Source: Lama guanicoe
Lineage: Eukaryota
NCBI GenBank assembly: GCA_013239625.1
Contig: MU053504.1
Location: 1,056,001 to 1,120,000, forward strand
Reading direction: 5' to 3'
DNA: 64,000 bases
A program made the translations under genes and the position numbers. The notes beneath the pieces are model-generated. The model worked only from the letters and a program-made list of their open reading frames with translations. It was not told the DNA's origin and ran no database searches. Position 1 is the stretch's first letter. Every line of letters starts with the position of its first letter. This document shows positions 51,661-62,810 of this stretch, piece after piece.

Positions 51661-52249
51661 TTGTATTTGGCTGTCCCCTCCATCTGGAAGGCCTTTTTCA
51701 TTCCTATCCAACTAGCAAATTGAGGCCAGCCAGGTCCTCTATCTCTCTGATTAGACTGTGAATTCCTTCACGGGCAAGGTCTGTGTTCCCAGTGCCCAGG
51801 AAGGGCACGGTGGCACATAGTAAACCTGCTAACTGAAGCAAAACATGTTTACTTTGCTGTGTATCCGAGTCCAAAATCATTGCCTTACATCATTGTCTTA
51901 CATCATTGTCTTGAGTCAAGAAGTAGATAAAGTTATCAATCTTCTGTCCAGTTCACAAAGACTCTCACTGGTAGAAACAAATAATACAAAATAAAACTGA
52001 CAATGGTTAAGATGCATCTGCTGAAATTGGTATTAAAAAGAGCTCAGAAGACTCATATCCTGAGTGTAATGTTGAAAATTTCAGAAGCTGAGAAAAATTG
52101 GATCTGGTTGAAATCGTCAATCAAAATAAAATAGATGGCCCATGTGAAATTTGTCCTTCATTAAATATTTATGGAAGACCGCCATTGAAAATTTTAGACC
52201 TGCAAAATTCTACCAAAGAAAAGTGAACTTGCTAGTGGCAATGCCCTCT

Positions 52250-52770
52250 TGTCAAAGACCCCCAGGAACACACCTATAGTTGACCAAGTTGGGAAAACAC
52301 ATGCCATGGGAAACTATGGAGTATCTCAGTGAAAGGGTTAGAAAGAAACTATTATAGGATTTGAGTGTTGGTTGGTTGATTTGGGGAGAATCTATGAAAG
52401 CGTGCTTTGCTTTAGATTGGATGCTTTAAGAAAGCAGGTGCAGTTCTACACTGGCCAGCTCAATAAATCTAATCTTTAGGGAAGGCGGACTACAAGGAGG
52501 ATGAAGTTCTAAAGGTAAAGAAGAAGCAGTCACTCATTTTAGCCAAGAGAGTTTGGTATTTTGCGGATGGGATAGTGACCGTGTTTTTGCTTGGGCTTAG
52601 ACAAAAGTTTGTGGTAGCCTAGTTCTGTCTCATTTTATCATGCTGTCAGAGTAAGTTTGTCTGAGGTTGGTATTCTGTGATATTGTTTATGTTCAGTAGA
52701 AGACTAACATGGCCAAGCTGTGTCAGGCCAGCTTCTGAATGTCAGAGGTTGGTTTTTGTTTTGTTTTTAA
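52250..52770 (-). mobile_element. ERV-type solo LTR (MER90-like, family uncertain)
   Basis: Starts with TG and interrupts an AT-rich block. tatagttgaccaagttggg...tttgctttagattggatgc...gaagcagcagtcactcat-like motifs recalled from ERV1 LTRs. Confidence 0.5.
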
Positions 52771-53570
52771 GTAAAATGATGTTAATATAAGATTCTTCAC
52801 AATGACAGAAAGTAAAGTAAAATGATGTACCACTTATTAAATAAGTAAAATGTTTATTATGACATCTTCATGTAAAAGAATTACTCAGAGAAGATAATTT
52901 CCAAATAGTAAAAAATGGGATTGGATACTGTTTGACTACATTGTATTAAAAAAAAAAACTGATTCGAGAATTAAGATGGCTTAATGGCATCAGCTCTGGA
53001 AAAATTCTTTCACAGCAGTTTATCGCTCTTGATATAATCCCAATTAAAATGACTGGATTCTAGTTTTGCTGGGGGTGTTAATTTGCTAGTGTCTTTGGAG
53101 AGCAATTTGTCCATATCCATGAAAATTAAAATTGCATTCGGCTTTGACACAGCAATCTCACTTTTGGAAATTTATTCTACAGAGAGAACTGCACATTTAC
53201 ACAGAAGTATATAAAACAAAGATGTGACTACAGCTTTGTTTATAGTAACAAAAGATTGAATAAAACGTAATGCCCTCCAGTAGGGGACTAGCTAATACTT
53301 TTATGGCACATCCATCCCACTGAAAGCTAGGCTCTAAAAGGTCAGACGGTCCTGGAGAGACAGGCATCAGCCCAGCGCAGGAAGAGAAGCCAAGAGGGTA
53401 AAGTCACAAATGGCCCGACAAAGCGTGTCCATTGCCTAAAGGAGGTCTTCACCTCGACAGTCCTGAGAGTCTTGCTAGGGCCCTGGTGTGACTATTTCGT
53501 TGCTATCTACTGCCCACAGCAGAGGGATGGGGGGAAGCTGGGAGCAGACCTCATGTCACGCCTCCGCTGC

Positions 53571-53589
53571 CTGCATCACCATGGCAACC
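53571..53589. promoter_or_regulatory. RFX X-box-like site 1
   Basis: CTGCATCACCATGGCAACC contains a perfect half-site ATGGCAAC of the GTTGCCATGGCAAC consensus. Confidence 0.7.
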
Positions 53590-53877
53590 AGGGGCTACGC
53601 GGCACCGAGGGAGGGAAAACTAGGACCAGAGCTGAAAGGCTTCGCCCGACCACCACTGCAATTCGGAGAGCCAGGGAGTCTCTGGGTCCCCCAGTCCCCG
53701 CTTTTATTGCTGCGGCTTGGTGGCGAGAGCCACAAGAACCTCCCCATCCCCCAACTCCTAGGAGACCAAAGTGTCTCGGCCTAGGAGTAGTAAGAACCCA
53801 CTCAGCCTCCTCCCGGAGAGCCCGGGCACGCGCGTGCAGCCACCGAATCCCGCTCCTTCCAGCTCATCTCCCCGGCT

Positions 53878-53896
53878 CTGCATCACCATGGCAACC
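53878..53896. promoter_or_regulatory. RFX X-box-like site 2
   Basis: Identical 19-mer to site 1. Confidence 0.7.
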
Positions 53897-54994
53897 CCCA
53901 GGCGCGTGGCCAGCTTTCCGGTACTGGACGCGCGCCTGCGGCATCGGCACCGGGACTCTGACTCTTCCAGCGCCTCTCCGCGGCAATCCGGGGTTGGGAG
54001 GTGTGGGCTCACTCGGGGCACAGGGGATAGAGACGCATTGTGGCCCGGCGTCTCAGGTCAAGAGAAAGAGGGAGTGGCAGGCCCGAGGTGTGGGAAGGGA
54101 AGTTCGGAGAGAATGCAGAAAGTGCTTCTTTTTCTCTGGTATGGGGAGCTTCCCGGGAGATGGGTTGTGGCAGCCCGGGTGTGGTGGTCTCGGCTGAGAG
54201 ATGGGCGGGGCCTGGGCTCCGGGTGGTGCCGGCGGCAGGGGGCAGTAGCAGTGCGGCTCCCAGTGCGCCGAGCATCCTGGCGCGGGAATCTCCGGGATTT
54301 GGGGAGGCTGAGCGGTCTCCTCATACTCAGATCTGACCCCGGAACGGCCCAGGATGAGGATTCCGCAGTGACGCCCCATGTCCTGGGGTGAGCTTGTCTC
54401 TGCCCAGCTCCAGCCCCCTCGTGTCCAGACTGCATCCGGTCTTCCTGCACGTAGCGACTTAGCTACGTGGTTAAAAGTACGTGCTCTGAACTCGGACTGC
54501 TAGGGCTAGTTACCCTCCCCAGCTCCATGGTCTTCATCTGAAAGTGGTGGTGATGAGAGTAATTATCCTGGGTTGCTTTGAGTGTTAAACAAGGTAATGG
54601 GACGTGTACAGTTTCTGGACTCAGTATCTGGCACATGGCAAGTGCTCAATAGGTACTGTTCCGTGACCTCGGGCAAGTTACTTAACCTCTCTGTGCTTAA
54701 CCTTACCTCACTGAAAAATTGACACAGTAGTGCCCACCTGACACAGTTGTGAGGATGAGATGAGGGAATTTTTGTCAAGTCCCTAGAATAGTGCCTGGCA
54801 CAGAATGAGTGCTACATAAAGACTTCTGATTATTACCATGCTTATAGGATTTTTAAAAAATCACTATTAGTATCTGGTCGCTCATGGTTGCTTAGGATGG
54901 AAAGGATTGCTTTGTCCCATTACCACAAGGACTTTTAACTCCTGGCTAGATTACAGGTCTGTTTGCCCACATTTCTTCTTTTTTCCCCCCTCAG

Positions 54995-55057
54995 AGATTT
55001 TCAGCCTTTCACATGCTTAGAAGAGGATTTATGGTGTCTTTAAAAGATTATAGGACT
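54995..55057 (+). other. Candidate exon 2 of a + strand transcript from the CpG island (exon 1 donor GGG|GTGAGC at 54388)
   Basis: Long pyrimidine tract atttcttcttttttcccccctcAG, donor ACT|GTGAGT. ATG at 55013 opens MLRRGFMVSLKDYRT. Confidence 0.45.
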
Positions 55058-55613
55058 GTGAGTCAGTTGGATTTCCGTGTTTGTTCTGCTACTGGTTCTT
55101 TGTGTGACCTTGGGCAGACCATTGACAGTTTCCTTATTGATCTTTAGGGCTCGCTTAGCAAGGGTGGTGCCTGGTGTTATTTACACACGTTTAGCCTTTT
55201 CTAGGAATATATTCAGCAAAAGTTAATTAGCACCTTCTGTGTCACTGAGTGTCTAGAATAGTAAAACAGAAAGTGGCAAGAGCTGTGAGGAAGTCACAGA
55301 TGAGATATTGTGGGCATTTTGAGAAAGAGGAGTAAATTTCTCAATTTATACTTTGTATTTCTAATAGGTAGAAATGCCAAGAAGTTTGGGAGTAAAATGA
55401 AGATAGAGTTATCCCTCCACCCAATAAAAACTGGGATGATGGGGACCCCCCCCTGCCTTCCCCCATTTCTCCATTTGCAGCTAAATGCATTCCTGCCTGC
55501 GGGTCTAATCTGGCCACTGCTATGGATTCTCAGACTTGGACTCCTGGGCTGACCTCTTCTACCAGCTGGAGAAGGAGCATCTGATAATAGTAGTTTTATT
55601 CTATTGTTTTCAG

Positions 55614-55638
55614 AAACCCTCCTTTAACTCACCAGAAG
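55614..55638 (+). other. Candidate 25-nt micro-exon
   Basis: Acceptor ttttattctattgttttcAG, donor AAG|GTGAGA. Continues the previous exon's frame as KPSFNSPE. Confidence 0.5.
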
Positions 55639-56228
55639 GTGAGATCTCTGTCCTCCTTAAATGTTAATCCACTAGGTGAAATGGTAAGGCCATGATTCAT
55701 GGAAGTCACAGGGACTTGGCTTGGAAAGGCAGAGGGGATTTGAACCCCTGTGTGACCTTGGATAAGTCTATGAGCCTCAATTTCTTCATCTTTGAAACAA
55801 GGGCAGTGACACCCAGGGCTATTGTGATTGTTATATGAGGTGTCACACTGAAAGTGTCCAGCAAGAGCAAGTGCTCAAAAAAAGGTTAGCTGCTGTTTTT
55901 ACCATCATTGTTATTATACTGTTAGCTTACAAAAAGCAGGGTAATCTTTTGTAATCTTTTTCCTCTCCTTATTGCCTAGCACATACTAGGGGCCCAGCAA
56001 ATGTTGGTTGAGTGAATGCGCAAATCCACACAGGAAGCTCTAGTGACAGTCAATTTCACACTGCCCTGACTACTAGTAATTAACATTTATTGAACACTTG
56101 TTCCAGAAACTGTATTATGTCCCGTCACCTCGTTTAACATGCAAGCGCAATGACCTTGTCTAGCCTTCTGATTTGACTCCTGAAGTGTTGGTGTCATTGA
56201 TTCACAGTCCAGAAGCTGACAGTGACGT

Positions 56229-56422
56229 CTGCTGCAGATTTCTGTATTATTTTCACAATGGTTCCCGACAGCAATGTCATTTCTGTAACGTAGGCTCCAG
56301 TAAGATAAGAGTCTAGTGTCATACTGACGTCAGGCCCCGTGTTCTCATCTCCCCAAGGATGAGCTGGCTTCCTTAATGCAATTTCCTCATCTCTGATTAG
56401 TGAATTGCTTGACATTACACTC
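56229..56422 (-). pseudogene. Candidate exon encoding the N-terminal half of an SH3-like domain; donor apparently lost
   Basis: Acceptor ccccgctgtctcAG. Open frame ...VSMTLDSYLTGAYVTEMTLLSGTIVKIIQKSAA fits the SH3 pattern Y-x(5-7)-E-[LM]-[ST]-L-xx-G-x-[IV]-[IV]-x-[IV]-[IL]-x-K. No GT at the expected phase-1 position. Confidence 0.45.
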
Positions 56423-56899
56423 CTGAGACAGCGGGGCTCAGTGAGAGTTTATCACTGCAGCCCCGAAGCTTGAAAGGGCCCTGTTTACCAGGACAACATC
56501 ACAGGGCATCCGGTTCCTCCTTCTACTTCTGTGGCCACTTTCAGAGCCCTGCAGCAGCCCCAGGGGAAGGGAGGACCAGGCAATATCTTTATGTTTCCGA
56601 TCCCTCACTGTGTTTGATTTTGGGGTTAGAGAATGCTTTAGGAATCATCTAATCCAGTGCTTTTAATACTGTTCTCTGGGGTTTTTAGATTTCAAAGGAC
56701 TTCTTCCTCCCAGTAGGAGCTGCTTTTTGAGGAGAACTACCTATACAGGCAGAGTCTGGGGCATCCTCCTCTGGTTCAACCAGAGTGAGCTCTGTGACAT
56801 TGTTGAAGCATCAAGGAACAAGTTTCTTTTCATTGTTCGATAGAAACTTTGATAGCAAGTCAGCATAGTCATCAGAGGCATTGAGCACGATATTTATGC

Positions 56900-57625
56900 A
56901 TTTAGTTGCTCATTCAGCTCATTCCCAGACTCGATGAGCATGCTGGGGACACTGCAGTGAGCAAAAGGAAGCTCCTGCCATCAAGTGGCTTGTATTCTAG
57001 TAGGAGGAGTCAGACAATAACCTGTGTGCCCTGCGGAGCTTGGGGGCGGGGAACAGGACACATGCACAGAGACTCGAAGGTAGTGGAACTTGATGAAGAG
57101 TGGAAGAGCATTCCAAGCAGAGGGAGTAGCTGTGCAAAGGCACTGAGATGGGAGGCCAGAGTGGCTGGCGGGGGGAGATTGATGGAGCCCGCAGAAGGAG
57201 AAGGGAGGGGCGGGGTCTGGACTAGGACCCTGGCAGCTGTGGAAAGGACTTGAGATTTTCATTCTGAGGGAGACGGAAAGACATTGGAGGAGTGAGAGCC
57301 GTAGCGTGACATCACCTGACTGATAAGACCATTTTGGCGACTGGGTAGCAAATAGATTTTCAGGAGGAAGAGACCAATTAGGAGGCTTTTCAAAGAGTCC
57401 AGGTGTGAGGTGATGACACCATGGACTGGGGCGGTTGAGCGTGAAAAGGTGAGAGACGTTGGATTTGGGGTGCGTTTGGGAAGATAGAGCTGAAAAATTC
57501 TGCTAAGAGTTCCCTGTCCGGTGGGAGAGAAAGAGGAACCAAGAATGACTCCAAGGCTTGGGGCCTGAGCGCCTGGATGAAAGGTGCCATTTACTGAGGG
57601 AGTGAAGAGGGAGGGGCGACAGTGG
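56900..57625 (-). mobile_element. L2 remnant
   Basis: gcatgctggggacactgcagtgagcaaaa...gagcattccaagcagagggagtagc...aagaatgactccaagg...ggtgccatttactgag. Confidence 0.8.
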
Positions 57626-58999
57626 ACACCGGTCACAGTGCGCCAATTCAGCTGCTCTCACGATGGAGAGGGCTGCTGTGTGGTCACGTTAGAAGGTCTG
57701 AGACCTGAAGGACGTGTTCACTGAGGTTTCCTGTAATAGTTTGATTTTCCCAAGGTTGTACCAGCTGGTCTGGAAGCTGGACCAAGCGACCTCCAGTGCC
57801 AAGGCCTCCAAGTGCCTGTTAATGTCGACACACTCACTTCTGTTGGCTCCACGTCAGGTCCCACGGCTGTGACCGCAGACAGCAGGCCGCCCGCGGTGTG
57901 TTCGGATGCCTGGATGGCTCAGTGCCAAGAGCCCACTTGCAGATTAGCAAGTGGCTTCTTGTCTCCTGGTAGCCCTTGAAGGAGACTCAGACAAACCGGA
58001 GAGCATTCAGAGAGGATGTCCAGAATGGCTGGGGCACCGAATGCCGCTCCCTGACCAGGGACAGCCCATGGAACCAGGATGTTTGCCTGGAGAAGAGTCA
58101 GTGGCACTTGAGCATCTTCCTCTGATGACTGAGGCCCCTGAGAGTGTGCTTCCTGCTACGGGGCGTGTGCTGGTCCTGATTATATGTAATTTGCGGTTTT
58201 TGTATAATTAAAGTATTACATTCAGCTCTTGTTGGGTTGCACTGCTTCCCTTTGGATGGAAGGTGTGTGGCCTGGAGGTGAGCTGGACACTCCTGTCATG
58301 ACGGTTGTGCCTGTGTCTAAGGTGTGTGTTCCCAGACCAAGGGTTGGAGCAGCCTCTAAAGTTTTAAACTGGGTCTTTGGGGTCTTGACCTACAAGGAGA
58401 TGAGACTGTTCCCAAACAGGCCTGAAATAAGGTAGGGGCCTCGCAGGAGCTGGAGGGGAGTCAAGGCAGAAGAGTTGGGGTGCAGCCCAGATGGCTGGTG
58501 CCGCCTGTGCGGGCTGTGTGCGTGTGGGCCGTGTGTGTGCGGGCCAAGGGCCAGAGGGCCGGCCTTTGGAAGCTTCACTAGCAGACCCCCTCAGGTGTCT
58601 TTAAAGCTAAAAAGCAGGGGTTTTTGGACAAGAGACTTGAGTCGGGTGGTTGCTGGCCCTGGCTGGCTCCGCTGCTGCGTGCTGCTCTCAGGACTCAGGC
58701 CTGCGTGGCCTCGGCCACATGTTCTCACGGCCATGAATCTGCCTTCGTTCCTGGCCTTAAATCTTCATTCAAGGCAGCAAGAAATGGGAAAGGAGGACAA
58801 AGGGCAGAGCCTGCTGGGTCTGTCTTTTTTGATCAGGAAAGCAAAAGCTTTCTCAGAACCACACCCTCATCTGACCCCAGCTGTCCTCCTCGGCCAAAAC
58901 CCTGTCCCACGTCTCCCCTTACACGGAAGGGAGGCTGGAAAATGAGTCATAAGTTTTGCAACCTTCCTTGTAGAGGCAGACGAGAGAGAAAGGGTAGGG

Positions 59000-59294
59000 C
59001 AGCACTGCCCAACGGAACCATAACTCAAGCTATGTATGTAATTTTAAATGATCTAGTAGCGCATTTTTTAAAAGATGTAAAAAAAAAACCAGCAGAAATA
59101 AATGTTTAATATATGTTTTCTTTGCCGCAGTATATCCCCAAATCATTTTAGCATATAATCAATATAAAAAATTATTAATGAGATACTTTGGACTTTGTTT
59201 TTTTCAAGGAAGGCTTCAAAACCTGGTGTATATTAGACATGTTAAGCACAATTTGGACCAGCCACACCGCAGGTCACAGGTGTAGACAGCGTGC
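59000..59294. mobile_element. MER33 (hAT-Charlie MITE)
   Basis: cagcactgcccaa...tatgtaattttaaat...taatcaatataaaaaattattaatgagata...ggaccagccacac...gacagcg. Confidence 0.8.
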
Positions 59295-61703
59295 TGAATG
59301 AGAATGTCTTGCCATAACTATTTTATTCCTATTAGTATTTTCTGTAATTGTTTTCCTTTTTATTCTCCCAATTAAATTTGGACAATGCGACCTTGTCTCA
59401 GCCGTTTGAAGAGAAAGGAGGAAAGGGGATTGGGGTTTGTGTCAGGACTAAAGTAACACAAGGCGACGGAGGAGGATTCAGACTTTGAGAACCGCAGGGA
59501 GTGGAGTCATTGATGGATGGGAGGAAAGGGCGTGCAAGAGGTGGGCTGATCGCTCCAGTGATAAAGGTAAAAGGCTTATCAAAATCAAAATTTAACCTGA
59601 ATGTTTTCAGATGACAGAAGTAAAAGTTTTGTAAACGGTAAAAGAATTTCAATCTAAAATGGAATCTGAGGATATAAAATGGAAAATCTCATGCAGGTGG
59701 CCTTAGGGAAGTAAAACTTAAAGACTGAGGGACTGATTTCCTGTAAATGCTTGATTTCTAGAAAACTGAGAATATTGGCATTTTTTAAGTGATAGAGAGT
59801 TGGCCACGGGTTGCCTCATGTCAACCTTGGGAAGTTTTGCTTATTGTTTCCAGAGGCATGAATAAGAAATGACCCAGGTCGAGCTGGTCTCGAAAAACAA
59901 GCTGAGTTGAGCTTCATATGGCTGGACTGGTTTTTGTCTACTCAGGGAATTTTCAAGCTGGTCTCTGTTCTTTATTTTAGCTGACTCTAACTGACCTCTC
60001 CCTTCTTTGCTTTTCTGCCCATAAATACCACCAGTCCCAACTTTCGACACCTGTACCTTGCTACCATCTGTGTCCTGAATTGCAATTCCTCTGCTATTCC
60101 TGCGTGAGTTCATCTTTTTGGCAATTTTGAGCTTGCCTTAGTTTGCCTCTTTATTTAGGCTGACAAGACTAGCAAAAGTGCCAAAAATTAAAAGTTCGAT
60201 ATGCTAGAGATAGTCCCTGTGGATGGTATTTTTTATTTTATTAATTTTTAATATTTATATATATATTTACTTATATTTATGTATTTTGAAACAAGGTGAA
60301 CTAAAGATTTATGTAACATTTTATGACCTTTTTTTTCACTTTATTATATATTATGAACCTTTTTCCATGTCATTAAATATTCTTTATAAAATAAGATTTT
60401 AATAATTGTGATTACATAGTATTCCTTCATATGGGTGAACTATAATTTAACCAGTGCTTCTTGGACATTTAGGTTTGCCTGTTGTACACACTGTTACTGC
60501 TATAAACGTAAATCTATACGTAAATCTTAGGGCACACATCTGATTTGCAGGCCAAGGAGTTATGAATATTTTAAGGCAATTCATGCATCTTATCAAGACT
60601 TTATACTATTTGGGTCTACTAATGACACCGGAGGAGAGTGCTCATTTTATGAGGAAGAACTTTCTAACAGAGTTGCCAAAGAAAATTTGGGATGCAGTGA
60701 GCTCTCTGGCATGAGGACTCTTGGAACTAGGCTAAAGCCGTGGTCTCAACTCTATTTTCCTAAAACTGAGCATCAATGATAACAGCTTCTAGAAAGAGTG
60801 AGTCCTTTTCTCTTGCCCCTTGGTTGGACATCACTGGCTAGATTATTTGGTGGGGGAAATACTGTAGAAGGAAATACTGCATGGAGCCAAAGCTGGGATA
60901 AATGACCTTTAAGATTTCTTCCAACTTCCCTGTAAGGGTAAGCTTTTGGTTTTGATTTTGTTAAAGAAAGGGCTGTGACAAAAAAGGTGTCCTCTACACA
61001 GGGCAGTGTCCTCTACCCAGTGTCTTTCTTACCTGTCGGTGTGAATCCCACCTTCCTTCAAGTCCAGCTCGCTGTTAACTGCTCCTGCCCAGTGTCCTTG
61101 CCCTCCTCACTGCAATACCTGAACCATGCAGTTATGTGCTGTCTTACACTCTCCCTGCAAGAGCATTTAACTCTCGCTTACTGTTTGATTTAAACCCACT
61201 TAGAATAAAGTCCAAAGTCTTTTCATGTTTTAAGGATGCTGCTACCCTGCCATCTTCTCCCCTTCCCCGTCCTCCCTTCTTCCCTCAGCCGCAGCCACAC
61301 CATCCTTCCATCCTTCCTGATCCTTGCGATGAGAAACACACACGCTGTTGAGTCCCAGTGCCTAGAACCATGCCTGGTGCCAGAGGCACTCAAAGAGTAT
61401 CTATCGAATGAATTAATTACTGGATTTAAATAAAGCTTACTATCTTGCCATCAACAATGTAGTCTGTCTTTATTTTAAAACTTTAGGAAATACTAAAAAG
61501 TAGGAAAACCCTTACATAATTCCACATTGGAGAAGCAAAACATAATTTATAGTCTTTCTTTAAAAAATATTTCTTCCCAATCCTTTTACTATTCATAGCA
61601 TTTTAGCTGTTTTATGTGGTTGTATTCATAATATATTTTGTGAAGAATTTGATTTTTTATGTGTTTTTGCCTTGCCTTTTCTGATTGTTATATTTATTTA
61701 TAC

Positions 61704-61916
61704 CGCTGCTTATTCCGTAAAGGATTTGAGGCCCTGTGAGATATGGAAGCACAGTATTTCTTTTTGCTGCCCGCAGCATGCGATCCCTGCTAAGTGCTTG
61801 TGGAGTGAAAGAGCTGGTCTGGGGAAGCTTGCTTTCCAGTGGAGAGCAGATACACGATTGCATCTGACTCCAGGAAGCAGCCAGGACCTCCCAGCTGTGC
61901 CCGTGGCATACTGGAC
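61704..61916 (-). pseudogene. Candidate symmetric 213-nt coding exon (phase 1-1)
   Basis: Acceptor ctcagtttcAG, donor GCG|GTATAA. Open throughout (within ORF 61657-62010): PVCHGHSWEVLAASWSQMQSCICSPLESKLPQ...RAAKRNTVLPYLTG. Confidence 0.35.
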
Positions 61917-62810
61917 CTGAAACTGAGTTTGTCTCTGATCGCTTGCACCTGTCTGAATCTGTCTCTCCTTTCTGGAGGAGTGGCCTCCCTCTAGACCAGA
62001 TTAGACTCATTCCATCCTGAAGATGTGTATTACTAAAGGTGCTGTTTGCCCACGAAGAATGCCAAGCCCCAGCCCAGCAACTGAAATTATCTGCACCTCC
62101 CTCCCTCCCAAGCCTTACAGGTATATATTTGCAATGTGGCCAAAACTTCCATCATCTCCACCCTGCCAAGCACCAGCGTTCTCTCGCTCGGAGGTTGCAA
62201 AAAAGATGACATGCATAGGTTTCCCAGAAGTCAGGGCCCTAAAATAGCACTTATAGTTACTGGCATAAGTGTTTACTCCACCCTCCCTCCTGCCACAGGA
62301 CCATCGCACGGGTCGTTCACTACACAAACACACACACACACACACCCCTACCTGCCCCAACCTACGCACCGTCAGATCTCAGCTCTCAAGTTACTTCCTC
62401 AGAGAAGGCTTCCCCTCACCCTGGGTTCATCATGTGACCTGTTAAAAGGCCTCATAGCAAAGCACTGTTTATCCGTCCTTTCTTGCACTCATGATAGCTG
62501 ATAGTTATGCATGTTTTTGTGTGTCTTTGTCCCCCTATTAGACTGTAAGCTCACTGGGGGTAGGGACCTTATTTACTTTTGTTCGCTGTGTCTCCAGTGC
62601 TCAGCGCAGTGCCTAGCGCATGATAGTGCTCAGTAAAGATTTTGAATGAACAAATGAGTGAATGAATCACGGACAGTCGGGTGGAGGCAGGAAAGAGTAA
62701 GAGAGTGAGTTTTGGAGCCAGACATCTAAAGTCAAACCAGCTATGTGACCATGGATAGTAACGTAACATTTCTGTGCCACCATTTCCTGTCTGTAAAATG
62801 GACCTGAAAA

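Larger units (their letters stand above)
53540..54460. promoter_or_regulatory. CpG island promoter
   Basis: Sharp rise in CpG and GC content relative to CpG-poor flanks. GC box gggcgggg at ~54203, splice donors on both strands. Confidence 0.85.

Noticed and set aside
53472..54450. Overlapping 200+ aa ORFs in the CpG island
   Set aside because: Stop-poor GC-rich DNA gives ORFs in all frames, and the ATGs coincide with the X-box motifs.
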